From an uncultured delta proteobacterium (GTDB lineage: Bacteria > Desulfobacterota > Desulfuromonadia > Desulfuromonadales > JACZKF01), in contig CAWKDO010000006.1 of NCBI GenBank assembly GCA_963848425.1, positions 345,362 to 409,361 on the forward strand: 64,000 bases of DNA. The letters run 5' to 3'. The position numbers and the translations under genes were made by a program. The notes below the pieces were generated by a model. The model was not told where the DNA came from, did no database searches, and saw only the letters and a list, made by a program, of their open reading frames with translations. Positions 45,822 to 57,625 of the stretch are shown one piece after another (within the stretch, counting starts at the first letter, position 1; every line of letters begins with the position of its first letter).

Positions 45822-46517
45822 CTAAAACAAGTTGCCGGCGAGGAGCCGGCCGATCGCCTCCCGCACTCCGGCGCCGGCGGCGCCGGCGGTGACGAGATGT
45901 GCCGCCCCCCGCACCTCGGGAAGAGCGTTGCCGACCGCCACTGCGAGCCGGCAGCGGGCAAGCAGCGGCAGATCGTTCTCGGCGTCGCCAATCCCCACTG
46001 CCTCCTCGCCGGTGAGGCCGAGAGCCGTAAACGCCTGCGCCAGACCGCTGCCCTTATCGACTCCGGCGGGCAGGATCATGACCGCGTCGCGATTCAGGCT
46101 GATCGTCATTTCCAGCTGCAGTTCGGCGATGGTCCGCCGGACCGTCTCCAGGTGCGGCAGGAGGGTGGCGACGATCACGGCGCCGACGGCGAGCGGCTCG
46201 ACGCCGCGGCGGCGCAGCGCCGCCAGCAAGGCCGCTGGCGGCCGTGGGGCGAGTTCCAGGCACTCCCCGCTGGCCGGCAGGTACAGCAACGCACCGTTCT
46301 CCGCTACCACGGCAGCGAAGAGCTCGAGCCGCCGGCAGACGCTTTGCAGATCGTCGAGCTGGCGGCCGGTCACCAGCAGCAGTTGCCAGCCGGCGGCGCG
46401 CAGCCGCTGCAGTTCGATGGCGGTCTCCGGCGCCAGCACCCCATGCTCGGCCAGGGTGCCGTCGTAATCGGCGGCCAGTGCCCGCAATTTCAGTGACGCC
46501 ACTTCCTTCTGCATGGT
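45822..46517 (-). CDS. HAD-superfamily hydrolase (Cof/IIB-like)
   Basis: HAD motif I LAADYDGTL and motif IV GIGDAENDLPLL. Start taken at MQKEVASLK. Confidence 0.7.
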   Translation of the reverse strand, partial: TMQKEVASLKLRALAADYDGTLAEHGVLAPETAIELQRLRAAGWQLLLVTGRQLDDLQSVCRRLELFAAVVAENGALLYLPASGECLELAPRPPAALLAALRRRGVEPLAVGAVIVATLLPHLETVRRTIAELQLEMTISLNRDAVMILPAGVDKGSGLAQAFTALGLTGEEAVGIGDAENDLPLLARCRLAVAVGNALPEVRGAAHLVTAGAAGAGVREAIGRLLAGNLF

Positions 46518-46573
46518 CCCGATTCTATCGACATTGCCCCGCCTTGCAATCGGCGAAACAAGGGGAGAAACGA

Positions 46574-46604
46574 AAAAGGGCAGCCACGTGGCCGCCCTTT
46601 TCGG
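46574..46604. terminator. Bidirectional terminator downstream of the flotillin gene
   Basis: Near-perfect palindrome GGGCAGCCAC|GTGGCCGCCC flanked by AAAAA and TTTTCGGTTTT. Confidence 0.5.
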
Positions 46605-46629
46605 TTTTAGGAATCTGACTGAATCGTCG

Positions 46630-48174
46630 TTATTTGACCGGTGTCTCCGGGCCAGCTTCACTGGCCGCTACCACCTCGCCAAGGTACTTCGGCAGTTCGA
46701 TGCCGGCCATGCCGGCGACTTCGTGCAAGGGAGGCAGGCTCTTGATCAGCCCGGCAAGAAAATTCGCCGTGCCGCTGCCATCCTTGCCGCTGCCGGAATC
46801 CCAGACGGTTACCTTGTCAATCTTGATATTGCGGATCGCCTCGACCTGCAGCTGCACGATATGCTCGATTTTCTCTGTCATCAGCAACGTGGCAACCGCC
46901 TTGGCGTCGCCGTTGCACCCCTTGACCAGCTCCAAATAACCGGCCGCCTTGCTGTCGAGCACCTTGCGGATACCTTCCGCCTCGGCCTCGTACTTGAGCA
47001 GGATGGCATCGGCCGTGCCCTTGGCTTCGCGGCGGATGCGTTCGGCTTCGGCTTCGGCGGCAATTTCCACCTTGCGCTTGTCGATCTCCTGCCGGACCAC
47101 CTCGGCGGCCGTCAGCCGCTCCTGCTCGGCCATCGCCTGCGCCTTCTGGATTTCGACATCGGCCATTCGCTTGGCGACTTCGCCGCGCTGCAGCGACTCT
47201 GCCTGGCGTACCGCCAGTTCAGCGTTGGTGGCCGCGATCTGCGCCTTGGCCAGGTTTTCTCCCTCGACCGCCTGCGCCTCCTGTCCCTGGACGAAGATGC
47301 GCTGATCGGCTTCGGCCTTCTTCTTCCCTTTCTGCGATTCGGCCACATTCTCGGCGACCCGAATCTCCTTCTCCCGATATGCCTCCGCCTCGCCGATCAT
47401 CGCCGCCGTCTCCTGCTGCTGCACATAGACGCGCTGTTCGGCTTCCGCCTTCTTCTTCCCTTTTTCCGATTCGGCCACATTCTCGGCCACCCGGATCGTC
47501 CGCTCCCGGGTCGCCTCGGCCTCGCCGATCGAACCTTTCTTCTCCTGCACGGCGACATCGACCTTGGCCTGATTGATCGCCTCCGACGCCGCCTTCTTGC
47601 CGATCGAATCGATGTACCCCGATTCGTCGGTAATATCGGTGATGTTGACGTTGATCAGATAGAGGCCGATTTTGTTCAACTCCGGCGCCACGTTCTTGCG
47701 AATCGATTCGAGGAAGCTTTCGCGGTCCTGATTGATCTGCTCGATGGTGAGGGAAGCGACGGTCAGCCGCAGCTGGCCGAAGATAATCTCACGGGCCATC
47801 TCCTCGATCTGGCTCTGGGTAAGGTTGAGCAGGCGCTCCGCCGCCGCGGTCATGATTTCCGGCTCGGTGCTGATGCCGACGGTGAAGGTGGAAGGAACGT
47901 TGATGCGGATGTTCTGCATCGACAGCGCCTTCTGCAGCGGAATGGGAATGGTCATCGGCGTCAGGCTCATGTAGGAGTAATCCTGGATGAGCGGCCAGAC
48001 CAGGGTGCCGCCGCCATGGATGCAGTTGGCCGACTGGCCGGCGCCGACCTTGCCGTAGATGACCAGAATCTTGTCCGATGGGCAGCGTTTGTAGCGCGAT
48101 GCCAGGAACATGATGGTGGAGATGATGAGGATGACCAGGGCGAGAACGGGAAAAATCCAGATATCGAACAACAT
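46630..48174 (-). CDS. Flotillin-like SPFH/band-7 protein (YqiK/FloT type)
   Basis: N-terminal TM, SPFH domain, and long EA-rich coiled-coil with an internal 44-aa tandem duplication. Confidence 0.85.
   Translation of the reverse strand: MLFDIWIFPVLALVILIISTIMFLASRYKRCPSDKILVIYGKVGAGQSANCIHGGGTLVWPLIQDYSYMSLTPMTIPIPLQKALSMQNIRINVPSTFTVGISTEPEIMTAAAERLLNLTQSQIEEMAREIIFGQLRLTVASLTIEQINQDRESFLESIRKNVAPELNKIGLYLINVNITDITDESGYIDSIGKKAASEAINQAKVDVAVQEKKGSIGEAEATRERTIRVAENVAESEKGKKKAEAEQRVYVQQQETAAMIGEAEAYREKEIRVAENVAESQKGKKKAEADQRIFVQGQEAQAVEGENLAKAQIAATNAELAVRQAESLQRGEVAKRMADVEIQKAQAMAEQERLTAAEVVRQEIDKRKVEIAAEAEAERIRREAKGTADAILLKYEAEAEGIRKVLDSKAAGYLELVKGCNGDAKAVATLLMTEKIEHIVQLQVEAIRNIKIDKVTVWDSGSGKDGSGTANFLAGLIKSLPPLHEVAGMAGIELPKYLGEVVAASEAGPETPVK
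47299..47562. repeat. Two tandem, 85%-identical, 132-bp direct repeats inside the flotillin coiled-coil region
   Basis: Units begin GCGCTGATCGGCTTCGGCCTTCTTCTTCCC (47299) and GCGCTGTTCGGCTTCCGCCTTCTTCTTCCC (47431). Period of 132 bp equals 44 codons. Confidence 0.6.
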
Positions 48175-48198
48175 CGGTGGCTCCTTAGGCTGTGGCTA

Positions 48199-48759
48199 TT
48201 AAAACTTTTCGACGATCAGGATATTCGCATCCACCCGGACTACCCGAATGGGGGTGCCGGTGGCGATTTCGGCTTTATCCACAGCCGCGGCGTCGAATTC
48301 GCGCAGCCGGCCATTGAAATTGATCGTCACCCGACCGGTACCGCCCGCGGAAATGTTGCTATAAACGGTGCCGGTACTGCCGACGGCGGCGGCGGTCTCC
48401 AGCGTGCCGCTCGATTGCAGCCGGCCGGCAAAGCCGAAAATTCTGCCGATAATCCACACCGAAGCGAGGCCGGCGGCGACTGCGCCGACCATGGCGATGA
48501 GGGCGCCGGCACGGTTTTGTCGATAGAGGGCCAAACCCACCAGCCCGAACATCATCAGAAAAGAGGTCAGGCCGTGGAAGGAAAGAAGCTTGAAGCCGAC
48601 ATCGGAATCGGGATGATGCGCGTCCAGATGGGTATCAACGTCGCCAGCGGCGCCCATAAACTGCAGCACCAGCTTGATGCCGACGAAAATGGCGCCGACC
48701 ACGGCGCAGCTGACGAAAAAGATTTCTAGCCCATTCAGATTGGAGAAGAGATTGGCCAT
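48199..48759 (-). CDS. NfeD-family membrane protein (YqiJ-like), partner of flotillin
   Basis: Three N-terminal TM helices and a C-terminal OB-fold beta-domain. Directly upstream of the flotillin gene. Confidence 0.75.
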   Translation of the reverse strand: MANLFSNLNGLEIFFVSCAVVGAIFVGIKLVLQFMGAAGDVDTHLDAHHPDSDVGFKLLSFHGLTSFLMMFGLVGLALYRQNRAGALIAMVGAVAAGLASVWIIGRIFGFAGRLQSSGTLETAAAVGSTGTVYSNISAGGTGRVTINFNGRLREFDAAAVDKAEIATGTPIRVVRVDANILIVEKF

Positions 48760-49125
48760 TCGGTACTCCTTACGCAAATGTGCATGGCGGAGTTAATCCA
48801 GCGGGCCGAATCATAACTCATATTTTTCATCAAAACAATTTGAGAGTTCTTCCCCTGCAATGGGAAGCAAACGAGGAGGGAGAAGCTGGCGAACGCTGCT
48901 GACAAAAATGACAAATGAGGAATGCCGATTCATAACAATGTTAATCGCTGATTTAGACCCGGATCATCCCTTGCTGAAAATGAGAAGATCCCCGGGCATT
49001 GAGTTATTGACAATGAAGATTAATTCAATGTAGAACATTATTTCCGCAAAGAGTTAATGAGATTTTTAGCGAGGGCTCCGGGAGCCGTCTCTAACCGCTA
49101 TTTTGTCACACAGGAGCTCGAACCG

Positions 49126-50735
49126 ATGAAAACAGGGATCTACTTTTCAAGGTGCGGCGACGTGTTCGCGGGGCTGTTCCAGCTTGAAGAATTGGCCGAA
49201 CCGTATCGGAAGAGCTTCTCGGTAAAAATTTTCGACGATTTTTTCGCTGCCGAAGATTTTGCCGCTCTTCTGGCCGATGTCGAAGAAAATGGCATCGAGG
49301 CCGTCGTACTGGTCGGGGATTCGCATTTTTCCTACCTGCAGACCAGAAATGGCGAATATCTGCTCAAATGCCTGGAAGAGCGCGGGCTTAATCAGAACAA
49401 GATCGAAATCGTCAATCTCAAAAACATGCTGGCGTTACCGCACAAGCTGGAATCAGGCGTGCTGCTGCTACAGAAGGCGCGCCTGCTGCTCGATGCCGGC
49501 ATTGAGAAACTCAAACATTCCCATGCCATCGTTACCGTCGAGGTGTCGCCGCGCAAGTCCGTGGCCATCGTTGGCACCTCCTCGGCCGCTTTTGTGGCCG
49601 CCCAGCACTGTCTCGAAGAAGGCTACAAGGTATTTCTGATCAACGATCGCCAGGAGATTGTCATCCCCGAGGCGGAATTGCCGCTGGTGCGGCCGACGAT
49701 GGTCTTTGTCTTGCGCCATCCGCGCCTGACCCTGTTCAATAACGCCACGCTGATCGATTTCGATGGCTATCCCGGCGATTTCGTCTTGACCCTTGCCTCT
49801 GGCGGCGCAGAGTCGGAACTGCAGATCGGCGCGGCGATCCTGTCCCCGCAAAACAACTCGTCTCTGGTCAAGGTCTTTCAGGCCATCTTTCATGTCGACG
49901 TCGACCGGGAAGGTTCCTTGGCGGCCCTCGACGAAGTCACTTCCCGTTCGCAGACCCAGGATCGGGGGGTTTACGTCATCAACCCGCCCGATATCGGCAA
50001 AAACGAGATCGGGCATGCTTTCATGGCCGCGGATGCGGCGGCGTCCCTGGTCGTCAATCTGCTCAACAAGAGCGAGATTTACCATACCGTCAAGGTCAGC
50101 GAGGTCAGAACCGAATTGTGCAGCGGCTGCGGCGCCTGCGTGAAGACCTGCATGTTCAAAGCCGTTTCACTGACCGGCACCCCGCGGGTTTCGACCATCA
50201 ATCCTCGGCGCTGCCGCGGCTGCGGCAATTGCGTGACGGCTTGTCCAACCGACGCCCGCGATCTGGCGACCACGCCCAATGCCTTTCTCTTCAGCACCAT
50301 CGACATCTTTTCGCAATTGCAGGCGGGGATCAAAATTCTCCTGATCGCCTGTGAGGGATGCGGCTATCGCTGTCTGGACAGCGCCGCCATTGCCGGACAA
50401 ACTGGCCGATCGGCATCCTCCCCCTGAAAGTCGTCTGCGGCGGGCAGATCGATACCCGGCTCATCCTGCACGCCTTCAATCTTGGCTTCAATGGCGTCGG
50501 CCTCGTCATCTGCGGCGAGGGCTGTTGTCACAATATCATCGGCAATGTCGATCTTGAGCGGCGCGCCAATCTGTTGCGGGAGATCCTCGTCAGCCGGGGG
50601 ATCGCCGAGAGCCGGATGCAGGTGATTGCCACTTGCTCGCGCGGCGGCAAGGAGTGCATCGAGAACGTCCACGTTTTCCACCGGCAATTCGAATCGACGG
50701 AAGCGGTCGATTCGACGGTCGTGCGCGCTAATTAG
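49126..50735 (+). CDS. HdrA-like protein with ferredoxin (2x[4Fe-4S]) domain fused to C-terminal MvhD domain, one frameshift
   Basis: Degenerate dinucleotide-binding motif SVAIVGTSSAAF. Ferredoxin clusters CSGCGACVKTC and CRGCGNCVTACP. MvhD/FlpD domain begins in ORF 49057..50427 and continues after a frameshift in ORF 50358..50735 (VVCGGQIDTRLILHAFNLGFNGVGLVICGEGCCH). Confidence 0.65.
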
Positions 50736-50744
50736 GAGAAGACC

Positions 50745-51761
<1,017 letters not shown>

Positions 51762-52580
51762 AAAATTCGAGGACCTGGTCAACGACATCGATATCCGTTT
51801 CACCTATCTGATGGATGTGAAGCAGATCCCGAAAGTCGATATTGCCATCGTCGAGGGATGCGTCGCCAATCATGAAAATGAGGAGCGGCTGAAGCTGATG
51901 CGCGCCAATTGCGAGATCCTCATCGCGCTGGGGAGCTGCGCCTCTTTCGGCGGCATTCCGGGGCTGAGAAATCTCCATTCGGCGGATGCCGTCATCAGGC
52001 GGGCCTACCAGGAGTCGGAAAGCACCGGTAAAAACGGGGAGCTCCCGCATCCGCAGCATGTTCCGGTTCTGACCGATGCGGTGCGGGCCATCACCGACGT
52101 CGTCAAGGTGGATTTCATTATTCCTGGTTGCCCATCTCCCCACGATCTGATCCTCTCCGCCCTGGCGCAGATTCTGCGCGGCACGAATCCGAAGATGCCG
52201 ACCCGGGCCGTCTGTTTCGAGTGCGGCCGGGAACACCGGACTCTGCACAACGGGATGAAGGAATTTATTGCGCCGAGTATCAATCCGATCATGTGCGTCG
52301 AAAAGATCGATGAGAACCAGTGCTTTCTCGAACAGGGGATCCTGTGCATGGGGATTGTGACGATGGAGGGATGCCGGGCGCGCTGCCTGAAATCGAATTT
52401 CCCCTGTCAGGGGTGCATGGGACCGGCGCCCGAGGTGAAGGATACCGGGGCGAAGTGGATCAACACCATGGGCTCCCTTCTGCCGAGCGGCGCCATGCGT
52501 TTCCGTGACGATATTGTCGGCGTCGGCTATCGCTATACGTTGCCGGTGGCGATGGCGCCCGGCAAGAACCCGCAGCGAGG

Positions 52581-54030
52581 ATGACAGGAATGGGGATGAA
52601 AAAGCAGATCACAATCGATCCAGTCACCAGAATCGAAGGACACGGCCGGGTCGTCATCAATATCGACAAGGCGGGTGCGGTCGAAGACGCCTATCTAACG
52701 GTGGCGGAATTCAGAGGTTTCGAAAAATTCTGCGAAGGGCGGATGCTCTGGGAAATGCCGACGATCACCAGCCGGATCTGCGGTTTCTGCCCGGTCAGCC
52801 ACCATCTGGCTTCGGTCAAGGCCTGCGAATCGCTCCTGGGGGTCGAGCCGCCCCCGGCGGCGGTCAAATTGCGCGAACTGCTGCATATGGGGCAGATCAT
52901 CCACTCCCACGCCCTGCACTTCTTCTTTTGCGCCATGCCCGATTTTCTGGCGGGGGATACGGCCGCCACCACCCTGATGCCGAACCGTTCGGTTTTCGGA
53001 CTGTCTGCAGAGCAACCGGAATATCGCGCAGAATGCGATCAAGCTGCGCAAGGCCGGGCAGGACATCGTCGATCTGGTCGGCGGCGGCCGGCTGCATCCG
53101 GTGGCGTGCATCCCCGGCGGCATGACCAAGCCCCTCGACAACTTCACCCGTGTCGAGCTGCTGCGCACCCTGCTGCCGGCGGTCAAGATCGCCCAGATGG
53201 GGATGAAGATGGTGAAGGACATCTATGCCCGGCACCAGACCAGGTTCCAGGATTTTGCCTCTTTTCCCAGCCTTTACATGGGGCTGGTCAAGGATGACCG
53301 GCTGGAATTCTCCGAGGGGCAGGTGCGGATCGTCGATGCGGCCGGGCAACAGGTCTGCGACTTCTCGCCAAAGGACTATCTGAAGAATCTCGAGGAGACG
53401 GCCGACGCCAAGAGCTGGACCAAGGCGGTTCACTACCTCGCCAAGGGCGATGGCGATCGCGCCTATCGGGTGGGGCCCCTGGCGCGCCTGAACATCGCCC
53501 AATCGCTCTCCACCCCCCTGGCCAATGCCGAATTTCGCGAGTACCGGGATTTGGGCAATGGCAAACCGATGCAGCAGAGTCTCTTCTATCACTATGCGCG
53601 CATGATCGAACTGCTCCATGCGGCGGAACTGGCCAAGGAACTCCTGACCGATCCCGAGATCCTCAGCCCCGAAGTGCGGATTCCGGTGAAGCGGCAGGCG
53701 GGCGAGGGGGTCGGTGTCCTGGAAGCGCCACGCGGAACCCTCTTCCACCACTACTGGGCGAACGACGACGGGCGCATCGGCAAGGTCAACCTCATCGTCT
53801 CGACGGCGCACAACAAAACCGCCATGAACGAGGCGATCAAGAGCGCGGCGCAGTCGGTGATCAAGGACGGCGATATCCAGGAAAAATTCCTCAACCGTAT
53901 CGAAATGGCCATCCGCTGTTACGACCCCTGCCTTTCGTGCAGTACCCACGCCTACGGCAAGATGCCTTTGGAAATCATCGTGCAGTCGGCCGGCGACATC
54001 GTCGCAACCCACCGCTACGGTCAGCTGTGA
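52581..54030 (+). CDS. [NiFe] hydrogenase large subunit (MvhA type), one frameshift
   Basis: N-terminal Ni-binding motif RICGFCPVSHH in ORF 52581..53297. C-terminal DPCLSCSTH plus a cleavable extension in ORF 53101..54030. Confidence 0.85.
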
Positions 54031-54034
54031 TGGC

Positions 54035-54520
54035 GTGGTGACGCCCCCACCCAATGAGCTGCTCGTCATCGGCATCGGCAACCCGCTGCGCGAGGACGAT
54101 CGCGTCGGCCTCTACCTGTTGGAACGCCTCAAGGCGCATTTCGGCGCGCAATTTCCCGGCATGATCGTCTACGAGCCGGATATCGGGCTGGCGGAAGCGA
54201 TCGCTTCCTGTGCGACGCTGGTGGTCGTCGATGCCTTGGCGACGGAAACGGAGACACCCTTTCGCCTCCTGCCTCTTCCTGCCGCGGCAACGATCTTTCC
54301 TGCCGGCGGCTGCAGCTCGCACGTCTTCGATTGGGGGATGATCCTGGCAATGGCGCGGGATCTGTTCGGTCACGCGCCGGAAGCCTTCGTTTGCGGCGTC
54401 AGAGCACGCTCTTTCGGCATTTCCGAGGATCTTTCCCCGCAGTGCCGAGCCGATGCGGAGGAGGCTTTTGTCATGCTGTGTGAATTTACGGCGGAGCGGT
54501 CGGGAATGGAAAAGGGATGA
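54035..54520 (+). CDS. Hydrogenase maturation endopeptidase (HybD/HycI/FrhD family)
   Basis: 161 aa with the LVIGIGNPLREDDRVG motif typical of [NiFe] hydrogenase C-terminal processing proteases. GTG start 5 bp after the large-subunit stop. Confidence 0.8.
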   Translation: MVTPPPNELLVIGIGNPLREDDRVGLYLLERLKAHFGAQFPGMIVYEPDIGLAEAIASCATLVVVDALATETETPFRLLPLPAAATIFPAGGCSSHVFDWGMILAMARDLFGHAPEAFVCGVRARSFGISEDLSPQCRADAEEAFVMLCEFTAERSGMEKG

Positions 54521-55462
54521 TCAGGGCAGTGCGGGCGGTGCGGACTCGCTATGGCCGGCAGGAAGAATTTCAAAAATTTCGGTGGTCGATTTGACCCCCT
54601 TCAACTGCTTGCGGCCCACCGGACGCACCTGCAGCTGATCGGCCTGGCCGAGATTCTGCCGCAGAGTCCCGGTAATATAGATCCGTTCCGGCGGGGCAAT
54701 ATCCTGAACCCGCGAGGCAATATTGACGGCATTGCCAAAAATGTCGTTGTTTTCGAAAAGAACGCTCCCCATGTTCATGCCGATGCGCAGGTAGTAACGC
54801 TCGGAGGCGTCCGCGGCAAGATTGTACTCCCTGATAACCTGCTGCATCTTCACGGCCGCCATGGCCGCCGGGTGCGGATCATCGAAAATGGCCAGCATGG
54901 CATCGCCGATGTCCTTCAGATGGGTTCCACCGTGTTCTTCAATGATTGCCGTCAGCATGCGGAAAAGTTTAAAGATCCAGTTTTTGCCAATGATCGTGCC
55001 GCGCTCCTGAAAGAAATCGACCGATCCTTTAACATCGGCAAAAAGGATGACCAAGGTGCGCCGGTTCGGATCGACCGGTTCCGTTACAATAGTCGTTTTC
55101 ACCGGCGCCGGTTTGACGATTCTGGCCGTGAGACCAAGAACGGCGGAGAAGCCGATCCGCTGGCCATCCGCAAAGGGGGTCGGCCGATTCGGCGCTATCT
55201 TTTGCCCATCGATAAAGGTGCCGTTGCTCGATTTCAGGTCGATGACAAACCAATGCTCGCCCCGACAAAGGAATTGGGCCTGCCGCCGGGACACCTCGAC
55301 GTACGGTTCGAGAACATCCCGACCGATTTCGGCACGTCCGGCCACGTCCCCGTCCCTGACCGAAAAGTGTTTGCCATCGGCGGTTTCAAGGATGACTACA
55401 CCCTCTTCTTTTTGCTCCCGGAGTGGGGCAACGAGGGTTTTGTCTTCGGGATACTCACTCAT
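54521..55462 (-). CDS. FHA-domain-containing class III adenylate/guanylate cyclase
   Basis: N-terminal FHA domain followed by a CHD cyclase domain (LVILFADVKGS, IGDAMLAIFD). Confidence 0.8.
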   Translation of the reverse strand: MSEYPEDKTLVAPLREQKEEGVVILETADGKHFSVRDGDVAGRAEIGRDVLEPYVEVSRRQAQFLCRGEHWFVIDLKSSNGTFIDGQKIAPNRPTPFADGQRIGFSAVLGLTARIVKPAPVKTTIVTEPVDPNRRTLVILFADVKGSVDFFQERGTIIGKNWIFKLFRMLTAIIEEHGGTHLKDIGDAMLAIFDDPHPAAMAAVKMQQVIREYNLAADASERYYLRIGMNMGSVLFENNDIFGNAVNIASRVQDIAPPERIYITGTLRQNLGQADQLQVRPVGRKQLKGVKSTTEIFEILPAGHSESAPPALP

Positions 55463-55676
55463 CGGGTTCCTCGGGAGAGATTGCCGCGCAAGGAAATTGA
55501 CAAGAATGGAATGGGCTGGACGCGGTCACGGCAATCTCGCACAGCTAAGACAAATGTCATTTGCCCACATGAATGTCAAGTATTAAATCCGCTCCTTTGG
55601 CGGATCTAATCCGTGCAATAATAACGTGAATTATTTTCTACACGCCTCACCAACACGCCAGGAGGATTGCCATCGT

Positions 55677-56438
55677 ATGCGATTGCGAGCTGCAGGTTTG
55701 ACCGATGTCGGGAGAGTCAGGGCACACAATGAAGATAATCTTGCCGTCGTCACGGAGCACGGTCTCTTTGTGGTTGCCGATGGCATGGGAGGCCAACTTG
55801 CCGGTGAGGTGGCCAGCCGCATGGCGGTCGATTCCCTTTGCGAGAAGCTTCTTTGCCCGGGCGGCGCCGAAATCCCTCCCGGCTTGATCGATCCGCGTCT
55901 TTCGCCCGCCGCCAGCCGGCTCGACGCCACGATCAGGCTGACGAATCGGTCCATCTATACTGCCGGCCAGACCAATCCGGACTGGAGCAACATGGGAACC
56001 ACCATTGTTGTTGCCGAAGTCACCGGCGAGCGCCTGCTTGTTGCCCACGTCGGCGACAGCCGCTGTTATCTGCTGCGTGACCATGGCATCACGCAATTGA
56101 CCGAAGATCATTCTCTGGTGAGCGAACAGCAACGTATGGGGCTCATCAGCAAGGAAGAAGCGGCGACCTCCAAAATGAAGAATGTGATCACCCGGGCCGT
56201 TGGCGCCCTTCCCGATGTCGATGTCGATCTGGGAGAACAGGAGCTGATGGCGGGGGATCGGATCCTGCTCTGTTCCGACGGATTGACCAACATGGTGACG
56301 GATGAGGAGTTGCTGGCAGTCGTCGACAGCCACGACGATCCGGCAGACGCCTGCGCCAAGCTGGTTGCCATGGCCAATCAGCGGGGGGGACGGGATAACA
56401 TCACGGTGATTCTGGTGGCGGCCGAAGCCTCGGGGTAA
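55677..56438 (+). CDS. PP2C-family Ser/Thr protein phosphatase (Stp-like)
   Basis: PP2C motifs: GRVRAHNEDN, VADGMGG, HVGDSRCY, CSDGL and NQRGGRDNITVILV. Confidence 0.85.
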   Translation: MRLRAAGLTDVGRVRAHNEDNLAVVTEHGLFVVADGMGGQLAGEVASRMAVDSLCEKLLCPGGAEIPPGLIDPRLSPAASRLDATIRLTNRSIYTAGQTNPDWSNMGTTIVVAEVTGERLLVAHVGDSRCYLLRDHGITQLTEDHSLVSEQQRMGLISKEEAATSKMKNVITRAVGALPDVDVDLGEQELMAGDRILLCSDGLTNMVTDEELLAVVDSHDDPADACAKLVAMANQRGGRDNITVILVAAEASG

Positions 56439-56482
56439 AGTTTGTCCGGGGGGGTGTTTAGGTTAGTCGCTGGAAGGAAGAA

Positions 56483-57475
56483 TCAGAACACCTTCAGGCG
56501 CGTTTCGCCGATGGTCACCAGATCGGTGGGGGAGAGGGTCGCCCGCATCGTGGCGCAATCATTGACGAGGGTGCCGTTGGTGCTCCCCAGATCTTCAATC
56601 ACGATCTGCCCGGCGATCAGGCTGAGGCACGCATGGCGCCTGGAGGCGAGGCCGTCGTTGATGATGATGTCGCAATCCTTCCGGCCGATCGTGCAAGGCA
56701 GGGCCACGGTCAATTGCGCGCCTTTCTGGACTCCCGAGACAATCTCGACGTTGATGGTCTTGCGTTCTGTGGCGGCCGGTGGCGGCGCCGGGGACGACGG
56801 GCGCGAGCGGGGAGATTTTGCCATCTCCAGCAGCTTCTTACTGTCGATATGCTCGACATCGCTGGATCGCGAGGTCTGGATATTGCGATAAATATGCGCC
56901 ACCACCGGAGGGGTCGGGGCCTCGAAAGCATAGAGGAGAATCTGTTCCTCGAAAGAAAGATCCTGCGCCGGAGCACAGGCCGGATCGGCATAATGCGGAT
57001 GGGCCGTCTTGCCGTCCTTGATGAAGAAGAAGTTGAACATCCGCTCCTTTTCCAGAACGATCAGCGCATCCCCTGCCTCGGAGAAGATCTGGCGCACGAT
57101 CTGTTCCAGATCGATCAGACTGACCGGCGCCTTGGCGGTCGGTTCATCCTGAAGAAAGATCAGCATGCTTTTGATCAGAACGGGATCGGTTTCGTGCAGG
57201 GAAAGGCGCGGGGCGGTCAGGGTGAATATCTCGGTGACAAACTCGGAAACGGTAATAATAAACGGCTTTTTCCCATTGAACTTGCCGGCCGCATACGGTT
57301 CGTTTTTCAGAAAGAAGAGGAAATAGATCGTTCCGCCATTGCCATAGGCTTTGAGAAAACCGGTAAAGGCGTTAGTGCGCCCGGAGAGCTCTTCGAGAAT
57401 CTGCGGAAGCGCTTCTGCGGTGAGCGGCCGGTCGGCAAAGCTGGTTTTTTGTTCGGGAAATTTGTAGGGAACCAT
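56483..57475 (-). CDS. FHA-domain protein with uncharacterized N-terminal domain
   Basis: C-terminal FHA domain (CTIGRKDCDIIINDGLASRRHACL, STNGTLVN). The N-terminal 230 aa have no recognized family. Confidence 0.7.
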   Translation of the reverse strand: MVPYKFPEQKTSFADRPLTAEALPQILEELSGRTNAFTGFLKAYGNGGTIYFLFFLKNEPYAAGKFNGKKPFIITVSEFVTEIFTLTAPRLSLHETDPVLIKSMLIFLQDEPTAKAPVSLIDLEQIVRQIFSEAGDALIVLEKERMFNFFFIKDGKTAHPHYADPACAPAQDLSFEEQILLYAFEAPTPPVVAHIYRNIQTSRSSDVEHIDSKKLLEMAKSPRSRPSSPAPPPAATERKTINVEIVSGVQKGAQLTVALPCTIGRKDCDIIINDGLASRRHACLSLIAGQIVIEDLGSTNGTLVNDCATMRATLSPTDLVTIGETRLKVF

Positions 57476-57625
57476 AGTGTTTCTATATAGCGGAAAAACA
57501 GCGCCTCTGTCAATACAAGATCATGAAAAAACAGTGAAAATAGCAAAAATAATCTTTCCATATCCTGGTGATTTTCTCCCCTAAGGACGTTCGATAAAGG
57601 GCGGCGTCGGAATGGCTGAAGTCGG

